Virus record (IMG/VR): IMGVR_UViG_3300049489_000477 | Coordinates: 32,001 to 96,000 of that record | Source: a virus | DNA: 64,000 nt | Direction: 5' to 3' (one strand) | Part shown: positions 9,071 to 18,414 of the stretch, one piece after another | How the letters are laid out: every line of letters begins with the position of its first letter | Numbering within the stretch: the stretch's first letter is position 1 | Program-made: the position numbers and the translations under genes | Notes under the pieces: generated by a model | The model's input: the letters and a program-made list of their open reading frames with translations, nothing else | Database searches by the model: none | What the model was told of the DNA's origin: nothing

Positions 9071-10729
9071 TTATGGTGAGCTAGACGAACTGTTGTCCAT
9101 AATTATTATACCAGAGAAACTACTGATACTTGATTGTGAATCGGACCATGTACTGAATGATCTACTTGAATGACTGCTATCCGAGCTTGACGAGCTTGAG
9201 CTTGAGGATGATGAGCTATTTGACGATGAGCTATTTGACGAACGGCTGGATGAGCTAGATGACGAGACGCTAGATGATGTCAGCAATGGACCCATCGAAT
9301 CTGAATCGCTCATTGACGATGATGAGGACGATGGCTTTGGTTGACACAATGATGTAGCCTTGACATCGGCATATGTGTTTGTGTTTTCGGTATGTTGTGG
9401 ACCATCAAGGTACAATTCTGAAACATTTAACTGCAACATATCCGATTCTTCGGATTCATATGTTGGCATGGATGTTTCATCTATCCATTCTCTCGTCAAC
9501 TCTTCGTTATATAAGAATCTGCCTTGTGGTTGCATCTTATCGGATCTAGTAAACAGATCGAAGAAACCGCTTGTAGCTTTGGTAAGTACCAAAAGCTCAA
9601 CATCTTGACGGTATACTTTGTTTTCTTGCTTATCCCAATCTCTTTCAAATGTTCTGTAGTAATCACTGGATTCATCGTCAGAGCAATTTCTATAATGAGT
9701 CGTATACTTCATGATTCTATAATTCCACATGAAGTAACCGTCTGTTGTCTCTTCTGCCTTGACTCTGTAGTACCAACCACTTCTTATGAAATATGGAACA
9801 ATAGGTGAACCAGAAATATCAGGATCGTATGGTCCAGATGTGACTGTGAATGTATATGTGTCTGCTGTCCAGCTACAGAATTCACCATCACAGCCAAGTG
9901 TGGCAAGTTCTTGCTTCTTTCTAAAGTCATATCCACAGACATATGTGATGGCTTTCTCTGAGCAATAATCTTCCGGTTGGACTGAGCTTGAAATCGACAG
10001 TGGATCATCGATATCTGCACCACTGTAATATGGATCGTCACAACATGGTATTGGTCTGGTGCATTCTTCGTCAAACCGTAACTGGAGTGTATTTCCAGTG
10101 TCTTGAATTTTTACACACTTACCAGCTATCAGCTTATTCATGTAAAAAGTCGTATTACCATACTTATCAACAGTCTTGTGGGTGAATAAGCTTGGGTTGA
10201 ATGACGATGTATTCTTTATATCAAAGGTATGTGCTTTGACTACCAATGAGTCTGGTTTCACCGATTGAGTAACCGTCGAATATGATCCATCTGGTTGCTT
10301 ATAGTAGGTTACGCCGTCGTATCCAACATAGAAGCTTGCGTCACTGGCTTCAAGAACGATCCATGCAGCCGATGATGTTGTTCCAGTATTTGTCAGACTC
10401 TTGAAGAAGTAGGATATATCACCACTTGCATGTTGTGTATATGAAAGGAGATTGTATGCGCTCAAATTCGGTGTGTATGGTTCGAAGTCAAAGAATTTTG
10501 CATCAATGAATGTATTCGGATCTATATCGGTTGGATTATCAATGCGTATGTTACGACCAGGCACAATGGTTCCAAACATGAATGTGGCGAAACAATTGTC
10601 GCCTTCTTTTAAGACATTCTGCTTCTGTGGGGTATCAACTAAATGCGTTTTACCGACATAAACGAAGCCCTCTGTCGTTGCGAGATTTTTCACTTCAAAT
10701 ACATTGGCTGGTACTGAGTTTTCTAACAT
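9071..10729 (-). CDS. Fibre-like protein with C-terminal poly-Ser tail
   Basis: NKLIAGKCVKIQDTGNTLQL fibre-type motif, Cys cluster, about 85-aa Ser-rich C-terminus. Confidence 0.6.
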   Translation of the reverse strand: MLENSVPANVFEVKNLATTEGFVYVGKTHLVDTPQKQNVLKEGDNCFATFMFGTIVPGRNIRIDNPTDIDPNTFIDAKFFDFEPYTPNLSAYNLLSYTQHASGDISYFFKSLTNTGTTSSAAWIVLEASDASFYVGYDGVTYYKQPDGSYSTVTQSVKPDSLVVKAHTFDIKNTSSFNPSLFTHKTVDKYGNTTFYMNKLIAGKCVKIQDTGNTLQLRFDEECTRPIPCCDDPYYSGADIDDPLSISSSVQPEDYCSEKAITYVCGYDFRKKQELATLGCDGEFCSWTADTYTFTVTSGPYDPDISGSPIVPYFIRSGWYYRVKAEETTDGYFMWNYRIMKYTTHYRNCSDDESSDYYRTFERDWDKQENKVYRQDVELLVLTKATSGFFDLFTRSDKMQPQGRFLYNEELTREWIDETSMPTYESEESDMLQLNVSELYLDGPQHTENTNTYADVKATSLCQPKPSSSSSSMSDSDSMGPLLTSSSVSSSSSSSRSSNSSSSNSSSSSSSSSSSSDSSHSSRSFSTWSDSQSSISSFSGIIIMDNSSSSSP

Positions 10730-10732
10730 GTA

Positions 10733-12406
10733 TTACTCGCTAGATGGACTTGATAGGCTTGATGGACTTGTTGAGCTTGACGAATTACTCGAACTTGAGG
10801 AACTGGATGAGCTTGATGTGCTGGATGGGCTTGGTGAACTGGATGACTGTGACGATGATGTGTTGCTTGAGTCACTTGAATCGCTTGAGTCGCTTGAGTC
10901 ACTTGATGACGAATTACTGGATGAACTATCGGAAGATGAACTCAAAGATGCGCTGCTAAACGATCTGGAATACGAAGAAGAAGATGTAAGTGTCGAATCA
11001 GAACTTGATGAATTTGTTGAGTTTGAAGAATCAGAACTGAATGAACGCGAGAAGCTACTTTCAGAATTTGTCGATACGCTAGATGGTGACGATGCTGTTG
11101 AAGACGATGAATCGCTGCTTTGCGATGTCTGTGAAATCTCATTTGAACTTGATGAGCTATTCGATGAGCTACTTTCAGAGCTACTGGATGAGCTTGTTGA
11201 TGAGCTACTGGATGAGCTACTTGATGTACTGCTTGACGAATTCGATGAGCGTGAACTGAAGCTTGATTCGGATGAAAGACTTGAATCTGAAGATTCTGAT
11301 TGCGATGATTGATCTGCACATTCGCAGCAATTGCCGTTGTGGAAGAAATCGACTCCGATTTCAATTCCACCATCTTTTTCTTGTATGGTTATGCCACGAC
11401 CCTCTTCGAAAGATTTCAAGAAATATGAGGCTATTTGGCGACCATATATTTTGGAGTTTTCATAGGGTTCTAGCGTGCTTCCACCGATGATACTTACTTG
11501 ATTCTTAAAATGTTCTTGTGGTGCATCTTCAAGTAGATATTCCCATCCTACTAACTTGATAGAGGATTGTGTATATTCATAATTTATTTCGTTAAGACCA
11601 AATTCGTTGTCAATTTTGTCTGATGCACCGAATGATTTTACTAAGAATATACTTCCATATGCCCATTCATATCGTGAACCCACGGAATATGGCTTACCAG
11701 CCTTATCAACCGCATTTGTATATCCAACACCAACACTGTTTGTGCTAAATGTTTCCCATGATCCATCAAACCATGTATCGTAGTGGGTCGGTATATCTGA
11801 TACGACCGATATTCCGCTTCCGTTCTTAACAACAAGCAACTCAATTGCTCGTAATTCAACTTGTGAATCACGCTGATTGATGAAAATTGTTTGCGTTTGG
11901 TTAGAATTTTTTGGGACAACAAAGCCAGCGTTATATGGGGCTACAGTGTTATCTGCTGTATTTACGGTAACACCACGATTGAGAGATTTTTTAGGAATGA
12001 CATTCGCAAAAAGAAATGATGTTTCGCAATCCTTTACCAATTCTGAGAAAAAACTAGGCTTATATTGGCGAACTTCTGGATTAAAATATAGAAACTCTTC
12101 TGTTGGATCTTGTGGTGAGCCTATAAAAATAGGAACTGGTGTGAATGTTTCTTTTCCGTTGCTTTTAAAACCACGATGATTGGCAATAGACTTTAACTGC
12201 GTGCCGGGAATGGTCGCATCTTTACTTTCATCAATTTTTAAAAGAGACTCTAGTAATTTTTTGGCATTGGTATCTTCAACATGTGCGTTAATGAACTCGA
12301 TGTTTATTTCTGGATAGACTTTCGTTGTGGTATACGGTAAATCTTTGACCGCATCTGGATTGGCATCTTTATATGGTATGGTTCGTGGTTTGTTGAATAA
12401 TGCCAT
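10733..12406 (-). CDS. Fibre-like protein with about 190-aa poly-Ser tail
   Basis: LKSFEEGRGITIQEKDGGIEI motif, CCEC, then a long Ser tract. Confidence 0.6.
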   Translation of the reverse strand: MALFNKPRTIPYKDANPDAVKDLPYTTTKVYPEINIEFINAHVEDTNAKKLLESLLKIDESKDATIPGTQLKSIANHRGFKSNGKETFTPVPIFIGSPQDPTEEFLYFNPEVRQYKPSFFSELVKDCETSFLFANVIPKKSLNRGVTVNTADNTVAPYNAGFVVPKNSNQTQTIFINQRDSQVELRAIELLVVKNGSGISVVSDIPTHYDTWFDGSWETFSTNSVGVGYTNAVDKAGKPYSVGSRYEWAYGSIFLVKSFGASDKIDNEFGLNEINYEYTQSSIKLVGWEYLLEDAPQEHFKNQVSIIGGSTLEPYENSKIYGRQIASYFLKSFEEGRGITIQEKDGGIEIGVDFFHNGNCCECADQSSQSESSDSSLSSESSFSSRSSNSSSSTSSSSSSSSSTSSSSSSESSSSNSSSSSNEISQTSQSSDSSSSTASSPSSVSTNSESSFSRSFSSDSSNSTNSSSSDSTLTSSSSYSRSFSSASLSSSSDSSSSNSSSSDSSDSSDSSDSSNTSSSQSSSSPSPSSTSSSSSSSSSSNSSSSTSPSSLSSPSSE

Positions 12407-12684
12407 TAGGTTTCTTTGTTAAGTAGCTGCTCCGCTTTTTCCTTTGGAATGTCTATCTTGAAATAGAATGGTAACTTCTCTACATCTGATAAGTCTAAGC
12501 CAACATCAATCCGAGAAACGAATTCTTCACCCAATCTTTCATGAACGAGTGATGTAATCTTTGAACGGAGGTAGTGTAGGCTATCGGCAGTAAAATACTT
12601 TGATTCATCAACATACTTGTTGACTACTTCAGTAATGCACTTTTCTACAACGGCTTGTGAGGCTGAATCTAGTTTATTATCCAT
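12406..12684 (-). CDS. Hypothetical protein
   Basis: 92-aa ORF with AAGGA SD and TATAAT upstream. Confidence 0.6.
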   Translation of the reverse strand: MDNKLDSASQAVVEKCITEVVNKYVDESKYFTADSLHYLRSKITSLVHERLGEEFVSRIDVGLDLSDVEKLPFYFKIDIPKEKAEQLLNKET

Positions 12685-12707
12685 GAGTTATCCTTTACTC
12701 TATTATA

Positions 12708-13964
12708 CTACGGACTACCCAAAGCCGCGTCCAATTTTGATTCTAAATCTTCCCCACCAGCGTCCCCACCAGCATCGGCTTCTGGGGCTGCTCCTGCGTC
12801 TGCACCAGCGTCCGCGCCACCTTCGGCACCAGCTTCTGGAGCGGCTTCACCACCAGGCGGCATTTCGGCTCCCGTATCCAATGCTTCGTCGCTTGGGGCT
12901 GCATCTGGTGCGGCTTCTCCACCAGCAGCATCGGCTTCTGGCTCTTCTTCAACTTTTATAGTAGCGAACACACCATTTCTATCTGTCGAACTTTCCAAAT
13001 ATCCAGCAGCCATGGCACGGTATACGGAACTGCGGAGATAATCTTGATTGTCTTTGTTTTCTTTTATAAATTCATCAACGGATTTTGGTGTCTTAACATA
13101 CAGCTTATTGAACGGGATCATATCGTTGTCTGATTTATCAAAAAACTTCAAAGTCAACATGTTTGGGGTTATGGATTCTCTTTCAGCGAAATTGACTTTT
13201 ATGCTTTGAACGAAATCCAACGCATCCATGTTGTCAACCCAATTCTCACCAAAACGCTGGGTTACGAACGAGTCTATTTTACTAAATGCATTCTTTAACA
13301 AGTTAGGATCGCTATCATCGATTTTCTGCATTTCGTTTGTGTTTTTATCTAAATGATAGATTGGTATTCTTGAGTTGAAAAGAACGATATTCTTCTCTCT
13401 TTTATTTAACAAATCGTATTCTGCTCGTAGGTCTTTACCCTTGGTCAAGTATGATTCGTATTGTTCTGGTGTTAGTCTGAAAATAAGCTTATCAACAGGT
13501 AGACCGGCTTTTCTTTCAGCATCACTCATCAATTGACCGGGATCAATACCCGCATTATTGAAACGGAATTTAGCTAATCTAATGTTGTTTGGATTGGTTA
13601 AACCATAATCGGTTTCTGGGGTACCGACATCGGTAAACATTTCTTGTATTTTGCTCTCGTCAGATCCACCAGCATCACTACCAACCATTATAGTGTCACC
13701 AGTGCCTGGTACTTGCTCTTCGCCACCAGCATCAGGTTCATTCAAAGCGGCTTCTGCGTCTGGACTTGTTGGTGCTGCATCTGGTGCGTCTGCTGGATCG
13801 GCGGCGGGATCGGCTGGTTTAGCAGGGTCCGCTGCGGCTGGATCTTCACCAGCTTTATCTTGACCCAACGAAGGATCGTCTAAAATATCATCTAATTTAG
13901 CATCAGCATCTTCATTTATACCGAATATCGTTTTTAGGCTCTCACGGAGCAGATTACCAGCCAT
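12708..13964 (-). CDS. Acidic low-complexity late protein, candidate internal head protein
   Basis: D/A/P/G-rich ends around a globular core; N-terminal LLRES and INED; TATAAATA at 13983-13990. Confidence 0.6.
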   Translation of the reverse strand: MAGNLLRESLKTIFGINEDADAKLDDILDDPSLGQDKAGEDPAAADPAKPADPAADPADAPDAAPTSPDAEAALNEPDAGGEEQVPGTGDTIMVGSDAGGSDESKIQEMFTDVGTPETDYGLTNPNNIRLAKFRFNNAGIDPGQLMSDAERKAGLPVDKLIFRLTPEQYESYLTKGKDLRAEYDLLNKREKNIVLFNSRIPIYHLDKNTNEMQKIDDSDPNLLKNAFSKIDSFVTQRFGENWVDNMDALDFVQSIKVNFAERESITPNMLTLKFFDKSDNDMIPFNKLYVKTPKSVDEFIKENKDNQDYLRSSVYRAMAAGYLESSTDRNGVFATIKVEEEPEADAAGGEAAPDAAPSDEALDTGAEMPPGGEAAPEAGAEGGADAGADAGAAPEADAGGDAGGEDLESKLDAALGSP

Positions 13965-14002
13965 AGTAATACCTCATAAGCATATTTATATAACTTTAGG
14001 TA

Positions 14003-14218
14003 TTAGCCCTTTATTACTTGTTTTGCATTTACTGGTCTAAAAGGACAATTTGTGCAATTCGTCACATGCATGTTTTTTACAGCATAGGCTTCACAATTCA
14101 CATATTTTGGATCTTGATGATATGTATTGTTACATGTACAACCAGCATATCCCATTCCGACTCGATGTGGACATGGATATTTGCTTACTATTTCGTCGTA
14201 CTTTTCTTGAGGGGTCAT
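14003..14218 (-). CDS. Small Cys-rich hypothetical protein
   Basis: 71 aa with CPH, CTC and CTNC; start overlaps the upstream stop. Confidence 0.5.
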   Translation of the reverse strand: MTPQEKYDEIVSKYPCPHRVGMGYAGCTCNNTYHQDPKYVNCEAYAVKNMHVTNCTNCPFRPVNAKQVIKG

Positions 14219-14877
14219 TATACTCTATTATACACGGTCTTGTATTCGTCAGCCATGACGAAACTGGTATAAATCCAGTTAACAGTTATAAAAGCTTTAT
14301 TTGGATCGGCAGAATCCATTTTTATAGAGCTAACCGACTGTGGGTGCATGCCTTCGAATTTTATTTCAACGGTCTTGTCACGATTGTTGTCCAATAGCAA
14401 TAGGTGACCATCGGTATAAAATGATCTGTTGTATCTATGAGCCGTATATTGCATGATGGCTTCTGGATTCGCTGCTGCAACCAACCAGTAATAGAAAAAT
14501 CTTGGTATAAAGAAGTTTTCATCGACTTGCAGCGTTGTGGTCAGAGCATCGAACTTCATTTTACCATTGGCAAACTTGACATCGGCTGTTGAGAACAAAC
14601 CAAGTGATGCTGCATCAATGGAGCAACCCGGTATATCAATAGACTTTAAAAATAATGCTAAATTTTTAACATCATTGTTCGCTTCGATGTATGCGTCCTT
14701 ATTATTGAACTTCGCATAATCGTCGGGTCTTGGACCAAGCGCATTTAAGCACTTGGTATTAAACTTTGACATTAAAAAACTTACAGGAATATTGTCTAGA
14801 ACGAATACGAAGTTGTTCGTATGAAATTCATTGAGTATGACTTCACTGTTATAGACTATGTTGCAGCAAGATGCCAT
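14218..14877 (-). CDS. Tail completion / tube terminator (T4 gp3-like, tube fold)
   Basis: NNFVFVLDNIP, SIDIPG, FDALTTTLQVDENF, DGHLLLLDNN, FEGMHPQS. Confidence 0.75.
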   Translation of the reverse strand: MASCCNIVYNSEVILNEFHTNNFVFVLDNIPVSFLMSKFNTKCLNALGPRPDDYAKFNNKDAYIEANNDVKNLALFLKSIDIPGCSIDAASLGLFSTADVKFANGKMKFDALTTTLQVDENFFIPRFFYYWLVAAANPEAIMQYTAHRYNRSFYTDGHLLLLDNNRDKTVEIKFEGMHPQSVSSIKMDSADPNKAFITVNWIYTSFVMADEYKTVYNRV

Positions 14878-14879
14878 GT

Positions 14880-15299
14880 TTAGACCTCATCATCCAAAAT
14901 ACGGAAATGCTTTATTGACTTGGAAACTGCTTGATAATTAGGAGCCGGTGAACCCGATGTGCCGGATGTTCCCGTTGTTCCAGGTGTTCCAGAAGTGCCA
15001 GAGGTGCAGACTGTGCTACTTTCTGGGACTGTATTTGTAAGTGATATATCCACTTTGTACAACCCCACAGGGTAGTTCTCATCCGTTTGCAGTCGATAAA
15101 GATACCACCCGATGCGATCTGCGCAAGGCGTCATTGGACAGTCAACGAAAAGGTTTCCGCATGGCTCATAAATCTTGATCCATGCCAAATCAGCTACTCT
15201 ATAGTCGTTCAACGACATAGGAACTGTTCTATCAACATATGGGCGATTGCTGACTTCGAATGTTATGGAATCGCCGCGTCTAAAGTCTGCATCTGGCAT
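14880..15299 (-). CDS. Putative structural protein with TSG repeats
   Basis: Beta-rich GWYLY/GLYKV domain with TSGTSGTPGTTGTSGTSGS insert. Confidence 0.55.
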   Translation of the reverse strand: MPDADFRRGDSITFEVSNRPYVDRTVPMSLNDYRVADLAWIKIYEPCGNLFVDCPMTPCADRIGWYLYRLQTDENYPVGLYKVDISLTNTVPESSTVCTSGTSGTPGTTGTSGTSGSPAPNYQAVSKSIKHFRILDDEV

Positions 15300-15301
15300 G
15301 T

Positions 15302-15568
15302 TTATTTCCTTATTCCGTCACCGTATATATAAAGCTCAACAATTGATGATGGGACGATACGAATATCATCAATTCTTGGGGGCATGAATCTCTGACAACC
15401 AGATAAGCCTGGGGTTGGGGTTGGGTTTCCCGAGGGGCTTGCTGATACGCCTGGTATTTCAGAAGCACATGGATAGGTATAATCTGTACGATGAATATCA
15501 CCTTGTGGTGTACCGCTATCGTCGGTCACCACATCCCATTCGTCCCAATTGAATCTCTGTATAGGCAA
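15302..15568 (-). CDS. Hypothetical late protein
   Basis: TTG start after AAGGA SD; TATAAATA at 15622-15629. Confidence 0.5.
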   Translation of the reverse strand: MPIQRFNWDEWDVVTDDSGTPQGDIHRTDYTYPCASEIPGVSASPSGNPTPTPGLSGCQRFMPPRIDDIRIVPSSIVELYIYGDGIRK

Positions 15569-15580
15569 AGTTAATCCTTA

Positions 15581-16999
15581 TTAGCTTTCTAAGTCTTCTG
15601 GTTCATTCGTTCCCGTAATGGTATTTATATTTTTAACTGTATTTGTCGGATCTTTAATATCCACAAATCCATCATTTATAAATGTAATTGACGAATAACA
15701 GCTATTAATGAGGAATGTATCAACAACTTCCCATGTTATCCATGCGCCCGAAAACATCTTATCATTCGCATCTTGGTTGTCATCGGATCCTCCGTTAAAT
15801 ATCAATTCGGCTCGTTCTCCGACTTGTCTACCTTCAAATATAGGGGTCATTGCCTTGCAATTTATTCCAGCTTTTAAAAGAATTTTACCGTAGTAGTTTT
15901 TCATTTCATTTTTTATTAAAAGTTCGCCCTCTTTTTTATTCCATGGCGCGGTTAAAAAGGAACTCCATTGGTTTCCGTAGCTGTGTTGATTAGCCACAAA
16001 TTTATTGAGTCCTTTGTATCTTTTTATAAAATCCTTGACATCGGAATTCACATATTCATTATCTTCAATGTAATCAAATAATACATTTGTCGTGCCGCTC
16101 ATATCAAGTGATTCTTTTGCATCGTAGTAGTTAAATGAAAAACTATTTATGACATCGGTTACATTGTATCTTTCATTTTGCGTCGATGATAATTTACTGA
16201 CTTCTTGATATGTATTTGAATACAGTCTAAATTTTTGTGAATCGTCTACGAACGAAAAAATTGGTTTTAGTTGTAAGACCGCTTTATCTTTATCTGGTTT
16301 TGAACTCATGTTAAATACATAATTCGAATATTTTTTCTTCTCCGACAAAGCGTATTTGTTGCAGAAATTAGCAACTTTCATGAGATTCCAACCAGGAACA
16401 TAGAAGTTAATATTGTCTTTTACGCTATCTTCAATTTCCACATCGTACCATGTGTCGAAATTCTTTATTTGCTTAATACAATCTTTTACGATATCTGTAA
16501 GGCGTAATTTTGGTGTATTATATGCATCGATTGGATATGTTTTATATAGCTGTTGGGCGAGCAAAAAATTGAATATTGGAAATTCTACGAGTTTTATGAT
16601 AAGTGACTTATTTCTATTGGCTGATTCACCGTATGATGTATTTTCTTCGGTTATCTTGAGTATTCTAAAAATAAGTATCTTTTCTTTTGATGTAGATCCC
16701 GATACATTGCTCTTGTATGCAATCGCCACCAATTCATTACCAGTAAGCGGTGCAACTGATCGCCAACCAAGCGGATCGGTGACATTCATGTCAGCAATAC
16801 GGAACATACCATCAAGAGAATCGTAAATTGAAAATGACTCAACAAATTCTGATATTTGATTTTTAAAGCATTTTTCTATAATAGCTTCTGGACCTTCTTG
16901 AATAGATTTTTCTGTGAATCGAGTAACACCGATACGACGATCACATGTGTATGATAATTTTTGTGCGCTATTCTGATCTAGTGCTGGATTATCTGTCAT
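15581..16999 (-). CDS. Baseplate hub protein (gp27/tail protein D-like)
   Basis: FSIYDSLDGMF...PLTGNE and KMFSGAWITWEV motifs; baseplate cluster position. Confidence 0.65.
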   Translation of the reverse strand: MTDNPALDQNSAQKLSYTCDRRIGVTRFTEKSIQEGPEAIIEKCFKNQISEFVESFSIYDSLDGMFRIADMNVTDPLGWRSVAPLTGNELVAIAYKSNVSGSTSKEKILIFRILKITEENTSYGESANRNKSLIIKLVEFPIFNFLLAQQLYKTYPIDAYNTPKLRLTDIVKDCIKQIKNFDTWYDVEIEDSVKDNINFYVPGWNLMKVANFCNKYALSEKKKYSNYVFNMSSKPDKDKAVLQLKPIFSFVDDSQKFRLYSNTYQEVSKLSSTQNERYNVTDVINSFSFNYYDAKESLDMSGTTNVLFDYIEDNEYVNSDVKDFIKRYKGLNKFVANQHSYGNQWSSFLTAPWNKKEGELLIKNEMKNYYGKILLKAGINCKAMTPIFEGRQVGERAELIFNGGSDDNQDANDKMFSGAWITWEVVDTFLINSCYSSITFINDGFVDIKDPTNTVKNINTITGTNEPEDLES

Positions 17000-17372
17000 T
17001 TGTTATCTCGTTATCTTTTGCGTTTTTAAATCTACTTAGCGTAAACAATAATGAGAAGAGATATGTAGGTCTTAAGATATTAATACTTTCGTTATTGTCG
17101 CGCACATCGTCTAAAAAGTCAAATGGATCTTCTGCATCATTTACCAGTGGTATTATCCACCACAATTTTGGATCATCATAAAACTTTTTAGCAATTCCAT
17201 CCAAAGTATCTGTTTTTACTGGTCGGTACACAACATAAGAATCTGATTTATATAACTCTGGAATAACAATAACTCTAAATGAATTCCATATGTCTAAAAT
17301 ATTATAATTGTCATCATCAGTTATTTCAGGAAATAGATTTATAAAGCTTCGTTGTGAAAATTGCTGTATCAT
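16989..17372 (-). CDS. Baseplate wedge protein gp53-like (LysM)
   Basis: DTLDGIAKKFYDDPKLWWIIPLVND. Confidence 0.85.
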   Translation of the reverse strand: MIQQFSQRSFINLFPEITDDDNYNILDIWNSFRVIVIPELYKSDSYVVYRPVKTDTLDGIAKKFYDDPKLWWIIPLVNDAEDPFDFLDDVRDNNESINILRPTYLFSLLFTLSRFKNAKDNEITNDR

Positions 17373-17375
17373 ATA

Positions 17376-18413
17376 TTAACTTTCAAATTGTGAATATGTT
17401 GTTTGTGACGAAGACATAATACTATTGAAGCTATTATAAATCTTTTCGAAATCGTCCTTGAACATTCTTTCGCCTGATCTGAAAGACATGCTTACTTTTG
17501 CAACGGAAGGAAATGCCCTGGTTTCGATCTTTGCAGATGGTTCAGATCCCCGTAATATGTTAAATTGGCTGGTTTCTGATGCGGTAGCGTTGTACCAAGG
17601 ACCATCGTATGTAACGGTAAAACCCATACAGTGACAATTTGTGTATGAATATAAGCCAGATTGGTGGTATATGTTGAACAAACATGGCGGCTTTAATGTA
17701 TATTGGCGTGCCGTCAGTGAACCTTGTTCTGTAACTGCTTGCGCGGCTTCACCAAGTGCCGCAGTACCTTCTTCTATGATGCTTCCACCCTCTGTATTTG
17801 AGTATCTTTTTGGATATGTTAGCGACACCAATCCCATGATTGGCTTATATATGTCTCGTAAAAAATTGTTATTTGTGAAAAGTTCAAAATTTATGGTGAC
17901 TGTTTGATATTCTGTGTCTGCGTATGTATATTGGTAATCGGTACGACGAGTTGACGGAACTGCGAAATCGTCGCCGCCTTTAAAATATGTTACCGCATTC
18001 TGTGCCAGTGCCCCATAAACCGCTATAGTTTCTGGTGCTTTGTTAATGGCATTATAGAAAAAATCCAGTGGTCCTTTTCCGCCAGGATTCCATGTGTGCT
18101 TTCCTTCTATAGTTGGTTGGTTCTTCAAAAGAATTCTAAATTTACCTTCAAATTTTGACGGACCAGAGCCGCCGCCATAATCCAGTTTTACCTTCGGTAT
18201 TGGACCCGAATTGTCGGTAGTTACTTTCACTGGCTGATAATTAAATGCATGTAATACTACTTCGTTAAGGAATGCATCTGATGCTGGGGACGATGGGTTT
18301 GTGTTTGGTGCCTTTATAAATGGATTATTTTTTGCATCAACTTGGGTTGGTGTTCTCGTCAAACCAAAATCACTTAATGCTTCTGTTGTTGGTAACTTTA
18401 TTTCGTCGGTCAT
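17376..18413 (-). CDS. Baseplate tail tube cap gp48-like
   Basis: PPCLFNI...NCHCMGFTVTYDG...FPSVAKVSMSF; position between tape measure and gp53. Confidence 0.6.
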   Translation of the reverse strand: MTDEIKLPTTEALSDFGLTRTPTQVDAKNNPFIKAPNTNPSSPASDAFLNEVVLHAFNYQPVKVTTDNSGPIPKVKLDYGGGSGPSKFEGKFRILLKNQPTIEGKHTWNPGGKGPLDFFYNAINKAPETIAVYGALAQNAVTYFKGGDDFAVPSTRRTDYQYTYADTEYQTVTINFELFTNNNFLRDIYKPIMGLVSLTYPKRYSNTEGGSIIEEGTAALGEAAQAVTEQGSLTARQYTLKPPCLFNIYHQSGLYSYTNCHCMGFTVTYDGPWYNATASETSQFNILRGSEPSAKIETRAFPSVAKVSMSFRSGERMFKDDFEKIYNSFNSIMSSSQTTYSQFES

Positions 18414-18414
18414 A

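Noticed and set aside
10704-11312. 202-aa D/E/L-rich plus-strand ORF that looks like a DNA mimic
   Set aside because: It is the antisense shadow of the poly-Ser codons, with no SD or promoter
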